From an uncultured Desulfobacter sp. (GTDB taxonomy: Bacteria; Desulfobacterota; Desulfobacteria; Desulfobacterales; Desulfobacteraceae): DNA of 64,000 bases. This document shows positions 41,801 to 50,480 of this stretch, piece by piece. The notes beneath the pieces are model-generated. The model made no database searches. It saw only the letters and a program-made list of their open reading frames with translations, and was not told the DNA's origin. The number at the start of each line of letters is the position of its first letter. Positions within the stretch are counted from its first letter, which is position 1. Made by a program: the position numbers and the translations under genes. The stretch spans positions 2,176,001 through 2,240,000 of the forward strand of contig OY762069.1 in NCBI GenBank assembly GCA_963665095.1. The letters are read 5' to 3'.

Positions 41801-42130
41801 TTGAAAAAGGCGTTTATTGATGCCGATAATATGGCCATAATTGCAGATGGCTGGGCAGCCCCGCTCAATGATGCACTGGATGTCACTTTTCTGGTTGCAC
41901 CGTTTAAAACCCTTGACATCATCATTCAGCATATACCCATTGTCAACACGATATTAAAAGGAAACCTGGTCTCTTTTCCTGCCCAGGCCAATGGGAAAAT
42001 TTCCAATCCCACGGTAATCCCCCTTCACCCGTCTGCTGTAGGCAAAGGGTTGCTCAATCTGCTGGAGGACCTGGTTAAAGCACCTGCCCGCCTTATGGAA
42101 GGAGTTGATCAAAATGACAAAAAGCCCTGA
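38870..42130 (+). CDS. AsmA-like/YhdP-type envelope protein
   Basis: N-terminal TM, long beta-rich body, C-terminal AsmA_2-like pattern (PFKTLD.II..IP.V..IL.G). Confidence 0.7.
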   Translation: MGTKQKVIWGITIFTVLFFMACTVLLAFAITPLVNTKAVKTRLIRTIEDRFDTPVLMGRIQFSLHPVPGISVTDIGVELNEQTRLKIKTLEIDLDLNRLFKLQPAAARIRILYPELIQSETGPLSGRKTQGAHGNFLSLLPEIRSRLLALVPAAGDTIEIIISNARSFYFKSMDSRLCLSRDTDAIDFQAKITGVRVNFDQFFMLNDAVRDRITGVDAKELHLSCFHDKDTELSCKLDICAPKILLSAPDSRGLEAEKLQLEFFWADQLLHARLIPCDVTFPKSHVGINFSRNSENNTSQIKFTGDDIDISQAREVCSSLLKGVTISDTLFDILKSGTASHITVGFKGNELNHLFTAENLVLQGIAHSATVKIPQVPVVVTNASGWAKMEQGILSIFPQSGHVGNSVVSGGTLNLNLLHHHINFSGSFPIKVDLSELPGALMRILPGTKLARELSKISQISGKADAMLELYRDQKLHIPEVKITATNIKADGSYQRIPLPLQVNGGNFFLDHDTVTLKNLSGRIGNSKISNLDATVEINDPVPMTIQNMTGNIILEEIQPLVDMFPGAKEMLSIVHKCSGHLGVSHLQVQGPMFKPLQWRVDMAGQVQNAALIFTNNSSGITEMSGRVQVTSTALGLSDISCKINDLYFLDNTISKQYTQSIDLPLSLSNGRLNIEKNNCLIEACLQPPSGALIWFEADGPVLSELKPSKLRITDGKLSNADIVFHHNPDMPRLRFSGKLDTTTLDNLLIRNSLLHKNLLKVTGNNSLNIFTDQNSFITIKAQKLNLDPLISPRNKPATGDRVRPWTEQKQIFFEIDELNFSNHLFHDVLAKASAYQSTTRIDIKEALYCGLDFSGEISIDHAAHEQGVSTHFFFETKTQNDVSTTFGCLTGTQSVIEGVYNLKGELSGTADTLEQVKYKQNGYLNFQARSGRIYKATVLSRLLSVLNILSEPDLQQQGFGFKTFTAQTEVKDSVIHLKKAFIDADNMAIIADGWAAPLNDALDVTFLVAPFKTLDIIIQHIPIVNTILKGNLVSFPAQANGKISNPTVIPLHPSAVGKGLLNLLEDLVKAPARLMEGVDQNDKKP

Positions 42131-42923
42131 TATCTTTTCACATGAATTTTTCCTACCTTACTCTGCTTTGACTGTGGGGGGCAGGGTTAAGATGGACTGG
42201 CTGCTAAATATATTCCAGGACGCGGCATCAACCCAATGCCATAATATGGGGGTTTCCGGCTTTGACATGGCCAGAAAGCAGCTCAAATGGGTTGTAGTGC
42301 AATACCGCATTCAAATCCATCAGCCTATTGACTGGATGATGCCTCTGGTTTTAAAAACCTGGCGGTCACCCTGGAAAAACCTCTATGAAGTCAGACATTA
42401 CACATTGCATGCACAGGGGCCAAGTGCACAGGAAAATGATCCCCCAGTGGTATCAGCAACCAGTGTCTGGATATTGATCAAAGCGGCAAATAATCGTCCT
42501 GTCAGACTTTCCCCTAATATGCCGCCCGATCTTATGCAATGCGAACCTGAACCAACTGAACTGCTCAAATCCGCCCCTGACATCACCAGGGTTGACCATG
42601 AATGCACATTTCCGGTTCATTTTTTAGATCTGGATCTGAACCAGCACGTCAATAACAGAGTTTATATCAGGTGGGCAATAGAGAGCCTTCCCGGCCAGCT
42701 GAATTTTGAATACAACCCGGTCACATGTGATGTGGTTTACCAGAAAGAAGCTTTGGCAAACGACACTGTACAAAGCTGTGTATCAATGGAGTCTTCCGGC
42801 AGCAGGTTAACCACCAACCATGTTATTATCAGGCAATCTTCCCAGGAAAGGCTGGCACATCTGACCCTGACCTGGGAAAAAATTGCCACAGGCAGCCTCT
42901 TTCAGTCCCGTCATGACCTGTGA
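42114..42923 (+). CDS. Acyl-ACP thioesterase
   Basis: FQDAA, DLDLNQHVNNRVY; double hotdog length. Confidence 0.88.
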   Translation: MTKSPDIFSHEFFLPYSALTVGGRVKMDWLLNIFQDAASTQCHNMGVSGFDMARKQLKWVVVQYRIQIHQPIDWMMPLVLKTWRSPWKNLYEVRHYTLHAQGPSAQENDPPVVSATSVWILIKAANNRPVRLSPNMPPDLMQCEPEPTELLKSAPDITRVDHECTFPVHFLDLDLNQHVNNRVYIRWAIESLPGQLNFEYNPVTCDVVYQKEALANDTVQSCVSMESSGSRLTTNHVIIRQSSQERLAHLTLTWEKIATGSLFQSRHDL

Positions 42924-43365
42924 AAAAGCATATAATCAGGCACTTGGCTATTTATCCAGGAGCCCTAAGACGATTCTGCAGATGAAGCAATACCTTACCG
43001 GCAAAGGATATGACCAGGCTATTATTGAACAGGTGATTGGCAGGCTGCTCTCATACAGTTTTCTGGATGATGACGCCTTTACCCGTCAATTTATTGACAG
43101 TCGTGTCCGCAGCAAACCCAAATCTATTTTTGCGCTGAAGTATGAGCTCAAACAGAAAGGGATTCCAGCGGAGCTGGCCCAAAAACACCTGTTGTCTTAC
43201 AATGACGAGGATCTGGCATTGAAAGCAATTCAGCCTAAAATAAAATCCTGGCGTCAACTGGAAGAATCTGCCCGGAAAAAAAAGGTAATGAATTATCTTA
43301 GATACAGAGGTTTTGACTATAGCGTGTGTCAGGTTATCTGGGAGAGGGTCCTGATGGAATCTTAA
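42913..43365 (+). CDS. recX: Regulatory protein RecX
   Basis: ALGYLSR, FLDD..F, ELKQKGI, YLRYRGF. Confidence 0.85.
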   Translation: MTCEKAYNQALGYLSRSPKTILQMKQYLTGKGYDQAIIEQVIGRLLSYSFLDDDAFTRQFIDSRVRSKPKSIFALKYELKQKGIPAELAQKHLLSYNDEDLALKAIQPKIKSWRQLEESARKKKVMNYLRYRGFDYSVCQVIWERVLMES

Positions 43366-43380
43366 TAAAATTCCCATCAA

Positions 43381-43424
43381 TTAAATAAAGAATTTCTTAA
43401 TTTTAAATAAAGATTTTCTTAATT
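43381..43424. repeat. 22-bp tandem direct repeat (1 mismatch) upstream of a sigma54-type promoter
   Basis: TTAAATAAAGAATTTCTTAATT / TTAAATAAAGATTTTCTTAATT. Confidence 0.7.
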
Positions 43425-43569
43425 TGACACCTTATTTTCATATTTTATTATTGAATAATACTTTTCATGGCAATATTACAGATTAAGAACATAAAAAATT
43501 ACTTTAAATTATTCGCGATTATAATCGTCGGAAATTATTTTACGATCAAAAATCATTTATGGCCAAATA

Positions 43570-43586
43570 TGGCACAGATACTGCAT
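43570..43586 (+). promoter_or_regulatory. sigma54 (-24/-12) promoter
   Basis: TGGCAC-AGATA-CTGCAT with correct GG/GC spacing, about 80 bp before the PilZ gene. Confidence 0.65.
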
Positions 43587-43637
43587 ATTTTCCATAAAGC
43601 ATATTACAAATAGTGGCTTAACATTTTCATTTTAACC

Positions 43638-43667
43638 AGTTAAGGACTCAATAGTTAAGGACTCAAT
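43638..43667 (+). repeat. Perfect 15-bp tandem duplication covering the RBS
   Basis: AGTTAAGGACTCAAT twice, directly before ATG 43668. Confidence 0.9.
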
Positions 43668-44084
43668 ATGGTTGGCAGGAAAAGAACAATTGAGCGTCGC
43701 AGAAACAAGCGCTACAAAGCTGTTGAAGGCGCCTATGCAGCCATCAGCCCGAATTCACACAAATTAGGCCAGATTATTGATATCAGTATGGGAGGGCTGT
43801 GTTTTAAATATATCGATACCGCTACCAATTCAGATATGACAGAACAAACCCGTGAAGAAGCCATTTTTTTAAGCAGCATGGGATATTATGTTGGAGACCT
43901 GCCGTTTCAGACTATTGCCGATTATGAAGTGACAGATGCTCCCTCTTTTAGTTCAATGAAAGTCAGGAAACGCCATGTTAGATTTACGGATCTTTCATTC
44001 AAACAGTTGTTTGATCTGGACTATTATCTAAAAAACAATGTTTCAGAGCAGGTGGAACCGCTTCCGAAACAATATAAATCCTGA
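43668..44084 (+). CDS. Stand-alone PilZ domain protein (c-di-GMP receptor)
   Basis: ERRRNKR (RxxxR) and DISMGG (DxSxxG). Confidence 0.88.
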   Translation: MVGRKRTIERRRNKRYKAVEGAYAAISPNSHKLGQIIDISMGGLCFKYIDTATNSDMTEQTREEAIFLSSMGYYVGDLPFQTIADYEVTDAPSFSSMKVRKRHVRFTDLSFKQLFDLDYYLKNNVSEQVEPLPKQYKS

Positions 44085-44432
44085 CAACTAATTATTCGAA
44101 CAACCAGCTCATTTTAACCATTCTTAATTGTAACAGATCTAAGCGGGATTTTTGATCTGTTGTCCTTTAGTTCCCGACTTCTGCCATCCAACCGTTAAAG
44201 CCTGCCATAATTCTGCCGATCATCGGATAATTCAACCCAAACCGGTTGCCTGCCAACCCAAGCCGTTTGTTTTAAGTTTTCTGCCAGGAAAACTAAAAGA
44301 AATTTATTCCTGTTTAAAATGATGATTTCTTTAGTCTGCAACCTGTCACTTAGGGTCTATACAGTTAATCCGGATCTATTTACTACATAATAATCACAAG
44401 ACGATATTTAAGACGATAATGGATTTGATCAC

Positions 44433-44468
44433 CTAAGGCACTATAATTCTATAATTATAGTGCCTTAG
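44433..44468. terminator. Perfect 16-bp inverted repeat between convergent genes
   Basis: CTAAGGCACTATAATT-CTAT-AATTATAGTGCCTTAG. Confidence 0.5.
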
Positions 44469-44595
44469 AAATAAAGAAGTCATATTTGTTCACGCCGTAT
44501 TTTTTACTGATATTATCGCAAAATCAGCAAAAAGTATATCAGGTTAAAATTTAATAAACTCTTAACAAAAAATTATAACGCTGATAATGGTACCA

Positions 44596-46497
44596 CTAAT
44601 TGATAATATCTGTATTAATACGAATATCGGCTTTTGTCTTTAAAGCACCCAGCCAGGCCGCATAATGGGCCTGTTGTTTCCTGCCCTCAAGTTCCTGTTT
44701 CACTGTGTCAAGGTTATTGGCAACAGCATCTGCATCCGGAACAATCTTCTCCTTTAAGCCAATAATATAGAAACTTCCCCCGACTTCAAGGGCCTCAGTG
44801 TATACCGGTTTTTTATCATCCAGGGTAAAGGCAGCTTCGGCAAGAGCTCTGGAGCCGGAAATTCCAGGGACTGCATCATTACGGGTAAACAGGTCACTGG
44901 AGTTGACATCAAGATTATTGGCCTGGGCAATTTTTCCTATGCTTGGCATATCTCCAGCCTTTTCAAGCATTGACGCAGCAGCCTTTTGGGCAGCGACTTT
45001 TTGATTTTGAGCTAACAGAGTCTTTTCAATTTGCTGTTTAACATCACTAAAAGGCTTTAGTTGCGGGGCAATTTTATCAACCACCTGCATCAGATAGTAT
45101 GTGTTTCCAATTTTTTTCACCTCGCTGATTTCTTCATCAGTCAGGGAAAATGCTTCAGAGGCAAACTGTCCTGGATCTGATACCCCCATACCGGCCAACT
45201 GCGCGCCAGACGCAGAAAAGGCCGGCGTAGTGACTGCTTTTTTACCGGCCACCAGGGCAACCTGCTCAAATGCATCTCCGTCAAGGACCGCATCAAAAGC
45301 CTCTTCCGCTTTGTTATAGGCAAGGGTTTTGGCTTCAGTAATGGCCATCTCCTGCTGAATCTGTTTTTGAGCGTCTTCAAAGGATGTCACAGTTTCATCG
45401 GTTTTATCCGTGACTTTAATAACATGCCAACCAAACTGTGTTCTGACCGGCTCGGAAACATCACCGGCTTTCATTGCAAAAGCCGCGTCTGCAAATGGCT
45501 TTACCATACTTGATTTTTCAAAACGACCCAGATATCCGCCACGGGAAGCTGACGGGCCCTGGGAATAGGTTTTGGCAAGTTCAGAAAAATCCTCTCCCTT
45601 GGAGGCTTTTTCGTACACCATCTGTGCCTGCTCCCGGGATTTTGCCACGGTCTGCTCATCAGCATCCTCATCCACTTTAATCAGGATATGGCTGGCCTCT
45701 ACCTGTGCGGACTTGGTAAACTTCGCTTTATTCTGTTCATAAAACGTCCGCACGTCCTCCATGGGAATTTTAATCTGATCTTTATAATCTTCCGGAGCGA
45801 ATATAAGACATGCTACTTTACGCATGGGTTCTGACATATACTGGTCATGATGGTTATCGTACTGAGTACGGATCTGTTCATCAGTAGGGGCGACGTCAGA
45901 GAACGTATCAGGATCAATCCGGATATACTCAATGGCTGCTTTTGTATTATTGAAAATATACCAGGCACTGGCTTCCTGATCACCTACTGTTATACCATTG
46001 AGCACCATACGCTGAAGTTTGGTATTTTTGATGGCATTACGCTGCATGACCTCAAAGGTCTCAGGAGTCATGGCATTCTGGCCCAGCACCCGTTTATAAA
46101 GTTCCATATCAAAAGCGCCGTCTCTCTGGAATGCTTTAACAGACATAAGGCTTTTCTTAAGTTCGTCATCCGTCACAATAATTTTCAGCTTCTCCGCTTC
46201 AAGATCCAGAATCTTTTGATCGATAAGGGTATTCACAGCCTGCTGTTTTACATTAAACGCTTCTATCATATCTTCATCAAGAGACCTGCCAAACTGCTGC
46301 TGAAGCCGTTGAACCATATTCCGATATGCATCCCGGTACTCACCAAAGGTGATGGGCTGGTCATTGACTGTAGCAACTTCATTGCGCTTACTGGCGTTCA
46401 TACTGCCCACGCCCAGGAAAATAAATACAATAACAATGATGCCCAGAAAAAATTTTATAATCCAATTTCCGGTATTCTCGCGAAGATAACGCAGCAT
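44596..46497 (-). CDS. ppiD: PpiD-like periplasmic chaperone/peptidyl-prolyl isomerase
   Basis: N-terminal TM and SurA_N domain, ASHILI, GGYLG.F, PVRTQFGWH parvulin motifs. Confidence 0.88.
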   Translation of the reverse strand: MLRYLRENTGNWIIKFFLGIIVIVFIFLGVGSMNASKRNEVATVNDQPITFGEYRDAYRNMVQRLQQQFGRSLDEDMIEAFNVKQQAVNTLIDQKILDLEAEKLKIIVTDDELKKSLMSVKAFQRDGAFDMELYKRVLGQNAMTPETFEVMQRNAIKNTKLQRMVLNGITVGDQEASAWYIFNNTKAAIEYIRIDPDTFSDVAPTDEQIRTQYDNHHDQYMSEPMRKVACLIFAPEDYKDQIKIPMEDVRTFYEQNKAKFTKSAQVEASHILIKVDEDADEQTVAKSREQAQMVYEKASKGEDFSELAKTYSQGPSASRGGYLGRFEKSSMVKPFADAAFAMKAGDVSEPVRTQFGWHVIKVTDKTDETVTSFEDAQKQIQQEMAITEAKTLAYNKAEEAFDAVLDGDAFEQVALVAGKKAVTTPAFSASGAQLAGMGVSDPGQFASEAFSLTDEEISEVKKIGNTYYLMQVVDKIAPQLKPFSDVKQQIEKTLLAQNQKVAAQKAAASMLEKAGDMPSIGKIAQANNLDVNSSDLFTRNDAVPGISGSRALAEAAFTLDDKKPVYTEALEVGGSFYIIGLKEKIVPDADAVANNLDTVKQELEGRKQQAHYAAWLGALKTKADIRINTDIIN

Positions 46498-46557
46498 GCT
46501 TATGATGTCTCCTTAACCCTGTTAAGTTTTTGGTTGATTTAAATCAAAAAACACGGA

Positions 46558-46666
46558 ATATTATCGTCTCAAACTCATCTGTGTCAATAAATTATTCTTC
46601 CTATTCTGTCTTTATCTTAAAGAAGCCATTTTTTTTATTGACACACCACACAGTTTCGATTATACA
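46558..46666. promoter_or_regulatory. Back-to-back sigma70 promoters for ppiD (-) and tRNA-Ala (+)
   Basis: Minus TTGACA(46587-46582)-18-TAATAT; plus TTGACA(46638)-17-TATACA. Confidence 0.5.
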
Positions 46667-46681
46667 TCTACCCACTCTTGT

Positions 46682-46757
46682 GGGGCTGTAGCTCAGCTGG
46701 GAGAGCGCATGGCTGGCAGCCATGAGGTCAGGGGTTCGAGCCCCCTCAGCTCCACCA
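46682..46757 (+). tRNA. tRNA-Ala(GGC)
   Basis: GGGGCTGTAGCTCAGCTGGGAGAGCG, anticodon arm CATGG-CTGGCAG-CCATG, GGTTCGAG, encoded CCA; 76 nt. Confidence 0.97.
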
Positions 46758-46767
46758 AAAATAATTT

Positions 46768-46794
46768 AGCTGCTGAATTTCAGTGGCTTTTTTA
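46768..46794 (+). terminator. Intrinsic terminator after tRNA-Ala
   Basis: AGCTGCTGAA-T-TTCAGTGGCT followed by a T run. Confidence 0.6.
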
Positions 46795-47170
46795 TTGCCC
46801 CAATATTCTAAGTTATCCTTGCCCAGCAACAATCCTGAATTTTCCACTGCTATTTGTTATTATCGGCTTTCAATAATTCCCAATGAAAGTACCTGCCGGA
46901 ATTATGTTTAGGCGTTTTATTGTTACTGGTATGCGTTGACTTCCACGCTGATACCAAAACAGGCCCTTCCCAAAAGGGAACGGCCTGTTTTGAAAAAGGA
47001 GGGAGAGTTTCCACCGGTTGTTGTTTACTCAGCAACTACTATTTTCGTATTCACCGCAATGGCAAACTACCCGGTGTTGATTATCATATTAGCATCGGAA
47101 TCTAACCTGAACATGACACCAGAATTACCAAATGGTAATCGTCCGATGGTCAGGTCAAATATCTGTCAAC

Positions 47171-47431
47171 CTAATCTGCCACAACCCCGATTTTTTTCAG
47201 ATCACTGCCCAGTTCAACAGGATTAAATACCTTTCCAGGACGCCACTGGCCGTCATTTTCCAGCGTCGGGACCACCCAGTCGTCGCCTCCGTTAACCTCA
47301 ATCACCTTCCGGACAACCTCATCCGGGGCAGATTCAATATCAACGTATTGAAATTCAATATTCTTTTGCTTTAGATATGACGTAGTTTTGACACAATGGG
47401 GACACCAGGATGCACCATACACTGTCAGCAT
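47171..47431 (-). CDS. Glutaredoxin/NrdH/mycoredoxin-like protein
   Basis: YGASWCPHC, VVPT; ATG 47431 after AAGGAGG. Confidence 0.88.
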   Translation of the reverse strand: MLTVYGASWCPHCVKTTSYLKQKNIEFQYVDIESAPDEVVRKVIEVNGGDDWVVPTLENDGQWRPGKVFNPVELGSDLKKIGVVAD

Positions 47432-47550
47432 TATTTCCTCCTTCTTTATAATAAGGTAACGATGCACACAGATCTTGTGCGTGCATCGTTACGGTAGTTA
47501 GTGTGTTTAATATGAGAGAAAAGGCTCTTGCAGCTCCTTTTCAGGGTTAA

Positions 47551-48972
47551 CTATTTTTCAAATCGGACCACAAAAATCTGGGAACTCCCCCGCCTGAACA
47601 GCATGTGGGTGGTATTACCTTTGCTGATTTTATTCATCACTTTGGAATAATCCCCAAGGCTTGTAATTTTATGATGGTTGATTTCCACCAGCAAATCACC
47701 GGTCCTCACGCCGGACATGGCAGCTTTTGATCCCTGTTCAATCTGGGTAACCACCAGGCCTTTAGCAGTGGCAGGCAATTCAAGCTGCTCAGCGATCTCC
47801 TTGTCAAGGGGTTTAAACATAAATCCAAGGTCATCAAACTCATTTAAAGCGTCCCCGTATTGACCACTATCCGTGTCATCAGGCCGTTCGCCCAGTTCCA
47901 CCGGTATAATTAAATTCTTACCTTCCCGGATCACTTCAATATTCACCTTACTGCCCACCTTAAGACGCGCAATGGTCATGGTCAAATCCTTGGAGGAACC
48001 AATTTCTTGACCCTGAACGCCAATAATCACATCGCCCTGCTGGATACCGGCCTTATCGGCAGGATTGTCCGCATATACCTTGGCGACATAAACCCCACCA
48101 TCCTGATCCAGCTTATAATATTCGCTCATCTCCTTGCTCACATTCTGAATGGCCACACCCAGCCAGCCCCGGGAGACACGTTTTGAACTTTTAAGCTGAT
48201 CAATAATATTAATGGCAAGATCCGATGGAATCGCAAAACCGATCCCCTGACCGGATTTAACAATGGCGGTATTAATGCCCACCACTTCGCCGTCCATATT
48301 CAATAGCGGCCCGCCGGAGTTGCCCGGGTTAATTGACGCATCGGTCTGAATAAAGTCATCATAGGGCCCGGAACCGATAATTCGACCTTTAGCGGAAACA
48401 ATACCGGCCGTAACGGTTTGTTCCAGTCCAAAAGGGGAGCCGATGGCCACCACCCAGGAGCCCACCTGTGCCCCTTTGGATGATCCGAATTTTAAAGGTG
48501 TCAGACCCTTTGCGTCAATTTTGATCAGGGCAAGATCTGTTTCAGGGTCTGTACCGATAATTTTAGCGTCATACTCCTGGTCATCATGCAGAATCACCTT
48601 GACCTGGTCTGCATCTTTGATCACATGGTTATTCGTGACAATATAGCCGTCTTTATCAATAATAAAGCCCGACCCCAGGCTTCGTTCCGTACGGTTTTGC
48701 GGAGTCATTCCGGAAAAGGGGCCAAAAAAATCCTCAAGCCCAGGCTGATTGCCAAACGGACTCCCGAAAAAATGCCGGTAAACCCGGCCCCCGCCTTTGA
48801 TGGTTTTCACAGTCTGAATATTGACCACGCCGGGCTTGGCCTGTTCTGCCAGTTTGGAAAAGCTTGCCGGTATCATCTGGGTTTTAGCCGTTGACAGTGC
48901 TGGCAACCCCAAAAGCCCGAAAATCATCAGACATGCGGCAATAGTGTTTAATTTTTTATCCATTGGTCTCAT
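47551..48972 (-). CDS. degP: DegP/DegQ (Do) serine protease
   Basis: GSGFII, TNNHV, DLALIK, INPGNSGGPL, two PDZ domains. Confidence 0.95.
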   Translation of the reverse strand: MRPMDKKLNTIAACLMIFGLLGLPALSTAKTQMIPASFSKLAEQAKPGVVNIQTVKTIKGGGRVYRHFFGSPFGNQPGLEDFFGPFSGMTPQNRTERSLGSGFIIDKDGYIVTNNHVIKDADQVKVILHDDQEYDAKIIGTDPETDLALIKIDAKGLTPLKFGSSKGAQVGSWVVAIGSPFGLEQTVTAGIVSAKGRIIGSGPYDDFIQTDASINPGNSGGPLLNMDGEVVGINTAIVKSGQGIGFAIPSDLAINIIDQLKSSKRVSRGWLGVAIQNVSKEMSEYYKLDQDGGVYVAKVYADNPADKAGIQQGDVIIGVQGQEIGSSKDLTMTIARLKVGSKVNIEVIREGKNLIIPVELGERPDDTDSGQYGDALNEFDDLGFMFKPLDKEIAEQLELPATAKGLVVTQIEQGSKAAMSGVRTGDLLVEINHHKITSLGDYSKVMNKISKGNTTHMLFRRGSSQIFVVRFEK

Positions 48973-49052
48973 TTTCTACCTCCTTTAGTCATGTTATATT
49001 CAAAGGTCATACCTTTCTGACGTAACTAAAGAATAAAACATAAAGTTAATTT

Positions 49053-50480
49053 TTAAATGATCCCAAAATTACGATGTGGTAATGTGACAACAAACAAACT
49101 GCCTCCATTTTCAGCAGGTTGCACAGAAATTTGTCCTGAGTGCTGCTCAATTATGGTCTTGGCCAGACTCAACCCCAACCCTGTTCCCGGTGTGGTCCTG
49201 GAGGTTTCCTCCCTGAAAAACCGCTCAAAAACTTTCTCCCGGTTGGCAGGGTCAATACCGGGACCTGAATCTTTGACCTGAACTTCCACACCATCTTTTC
49301 CCATGGCCTTGAGTGCCACAGCCACCTGCCCTTTTCCCGGCGTATATTTAATGGCATTATCAATCAGATTGGCAAAGGCGCGCTGGAGCATGGCTGCATC
49401 TCCGTCAATCCACAGACCAGGGGCCACATCTTGGGTAAAATCGATCTGCTTATCTTCGGCCAGGGGCACAAACAGTTCCCAGGCATTTTGGATCATGCTG
49501 CTTAAATCCACCGGAGCATATACGAACCCTACTTCGCCTCCCTCTGCCCGGGAGATCACCAGCATGGTGTTGATCATATCCAGCAGACGGTCAGACTCCT
49601 CAATGGTGTTGGCAGCCATGGCCCGGTAGGCATCCAGATCGTCCGGTTTTTCCTGAATCAGGGCCAGCTCCGCAAATCCGCGGATACGGGTCAAAGGGCT
49701 TTTCAGGTCATGGGCAATGTTATCCGACATCTCTCGAATGCTCTTAACCAGAGCAGAAATCCGGTCCAGCATCCGGTTAAATGTGACAGCAAGCAGGTCC
49801 AGTTCATCCCGGCTGCCCGATTCAGGCACCCGCTCCTCCAGATTGGATCCGGTAATGGAACCGGCGGTATGCCGGATGGCCGCCACCCCGGCAAGCGCCT
49901 GCCGGGAAAGAAACATGCCGGAGGCTGCTGAAAACAGCACCACAAACCCCATGGAGATGGAGAAAATACGCTTGAATCCGGTCAGAAAACGGGAATAGGC
50001 GTTCATGGCAAGACCGGTATGCAGAATAACGTTGGGCGCCACAAAAGTGTACATCATCCTTGCTTTAAGTTCCTGCCCGGCAATGTGTACGGTACTGAAG
50101 ACCGGCACCCGAGAGTGCATCAACTGGTCCACCATGGCACCATCCAGACTGATATCTTTCCAGTAGGACATGGAAGAGGATGCAAAGACCTCCCCTGTGG
50201 GATAGAGCAGCCGGAAAAAAATCTGCTTTTCTCCTGCGGCCTGGGCTTCGATTACAGCAAGCTTCTGGGCGCCGACAATCCCGTTGCGCTTGATAACAGT
50301 GCGAAAATACCCGGCCTTGTCCATCAACTCCTGGTCCATCTGGTTCATGATGGTTTGAACGGCAAGAAAATAAAACAGCCCAAACGCCACACATGAGGAG
50401 ATGGAAAAAATCCCCGCATACCAGACTGTCAGGCGGAAGGCAATGGTGCGCAAAAAACCGGTGCGAAGAAATTCAAGCAT
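49053..50480 (-). CDS. HAMP sensor histidine kinase
   Basis: Two TMs, HAMP, AHDLKSPL, NAIKY, DSGPG, GTGLGL. Confidence 0.95.
   Translation of the reverse strand: MLEFLRTGFLRTIAFRLTVWYAGIFSISSCVAFGLFYFLAVQTIMNQMDQELMDKAGYFRTVIKRNGIVGAQKLAVIEAQAAGEKQIFFRLLYPTGEVFASSSMSYWKDISLDGAMVDQLMHSRVPVFSTVHIAGQELKARMMYTFVAPNVILHTGLAMNAYSRFLTGFKRIFSISMGFVVLFSAASGMFLSRQALAGVAAIRHTAGSITGSNLEERVPESGSRDELDLLAVTFNRMLDRISALVKSIREMSDNIAHDLKSPLTRIRGFAELALIQEKPDDLDAYRAMAANTIEESDRLLDMINTMLVISRAEGGEVGFVYAPVDLSSMIQNAWELFVPLAEDKQIDFTQDVAPGLWIDGDAAMLQRAFANLIDNAIKYTPGKGQVAVALKAMGKDGVEVQVKDSGPGIDPANREKVFERFFREETSRTTPGTGLGLSLAKTIIEQHSGQISVQPAENGGSLFVVTLPHRNFGII

Noticed and set aside
44100..44400. c-di-GMP riboswitch near the PilZ gene
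   Set aside because: GEMM core features not found on either strand, and the region is downstream of both genes
46682..46800. Genomic island at tRNA-Ala
   Set aside because: The tRNA is followed directly by its terminator; no integrase or duplicated 3' end
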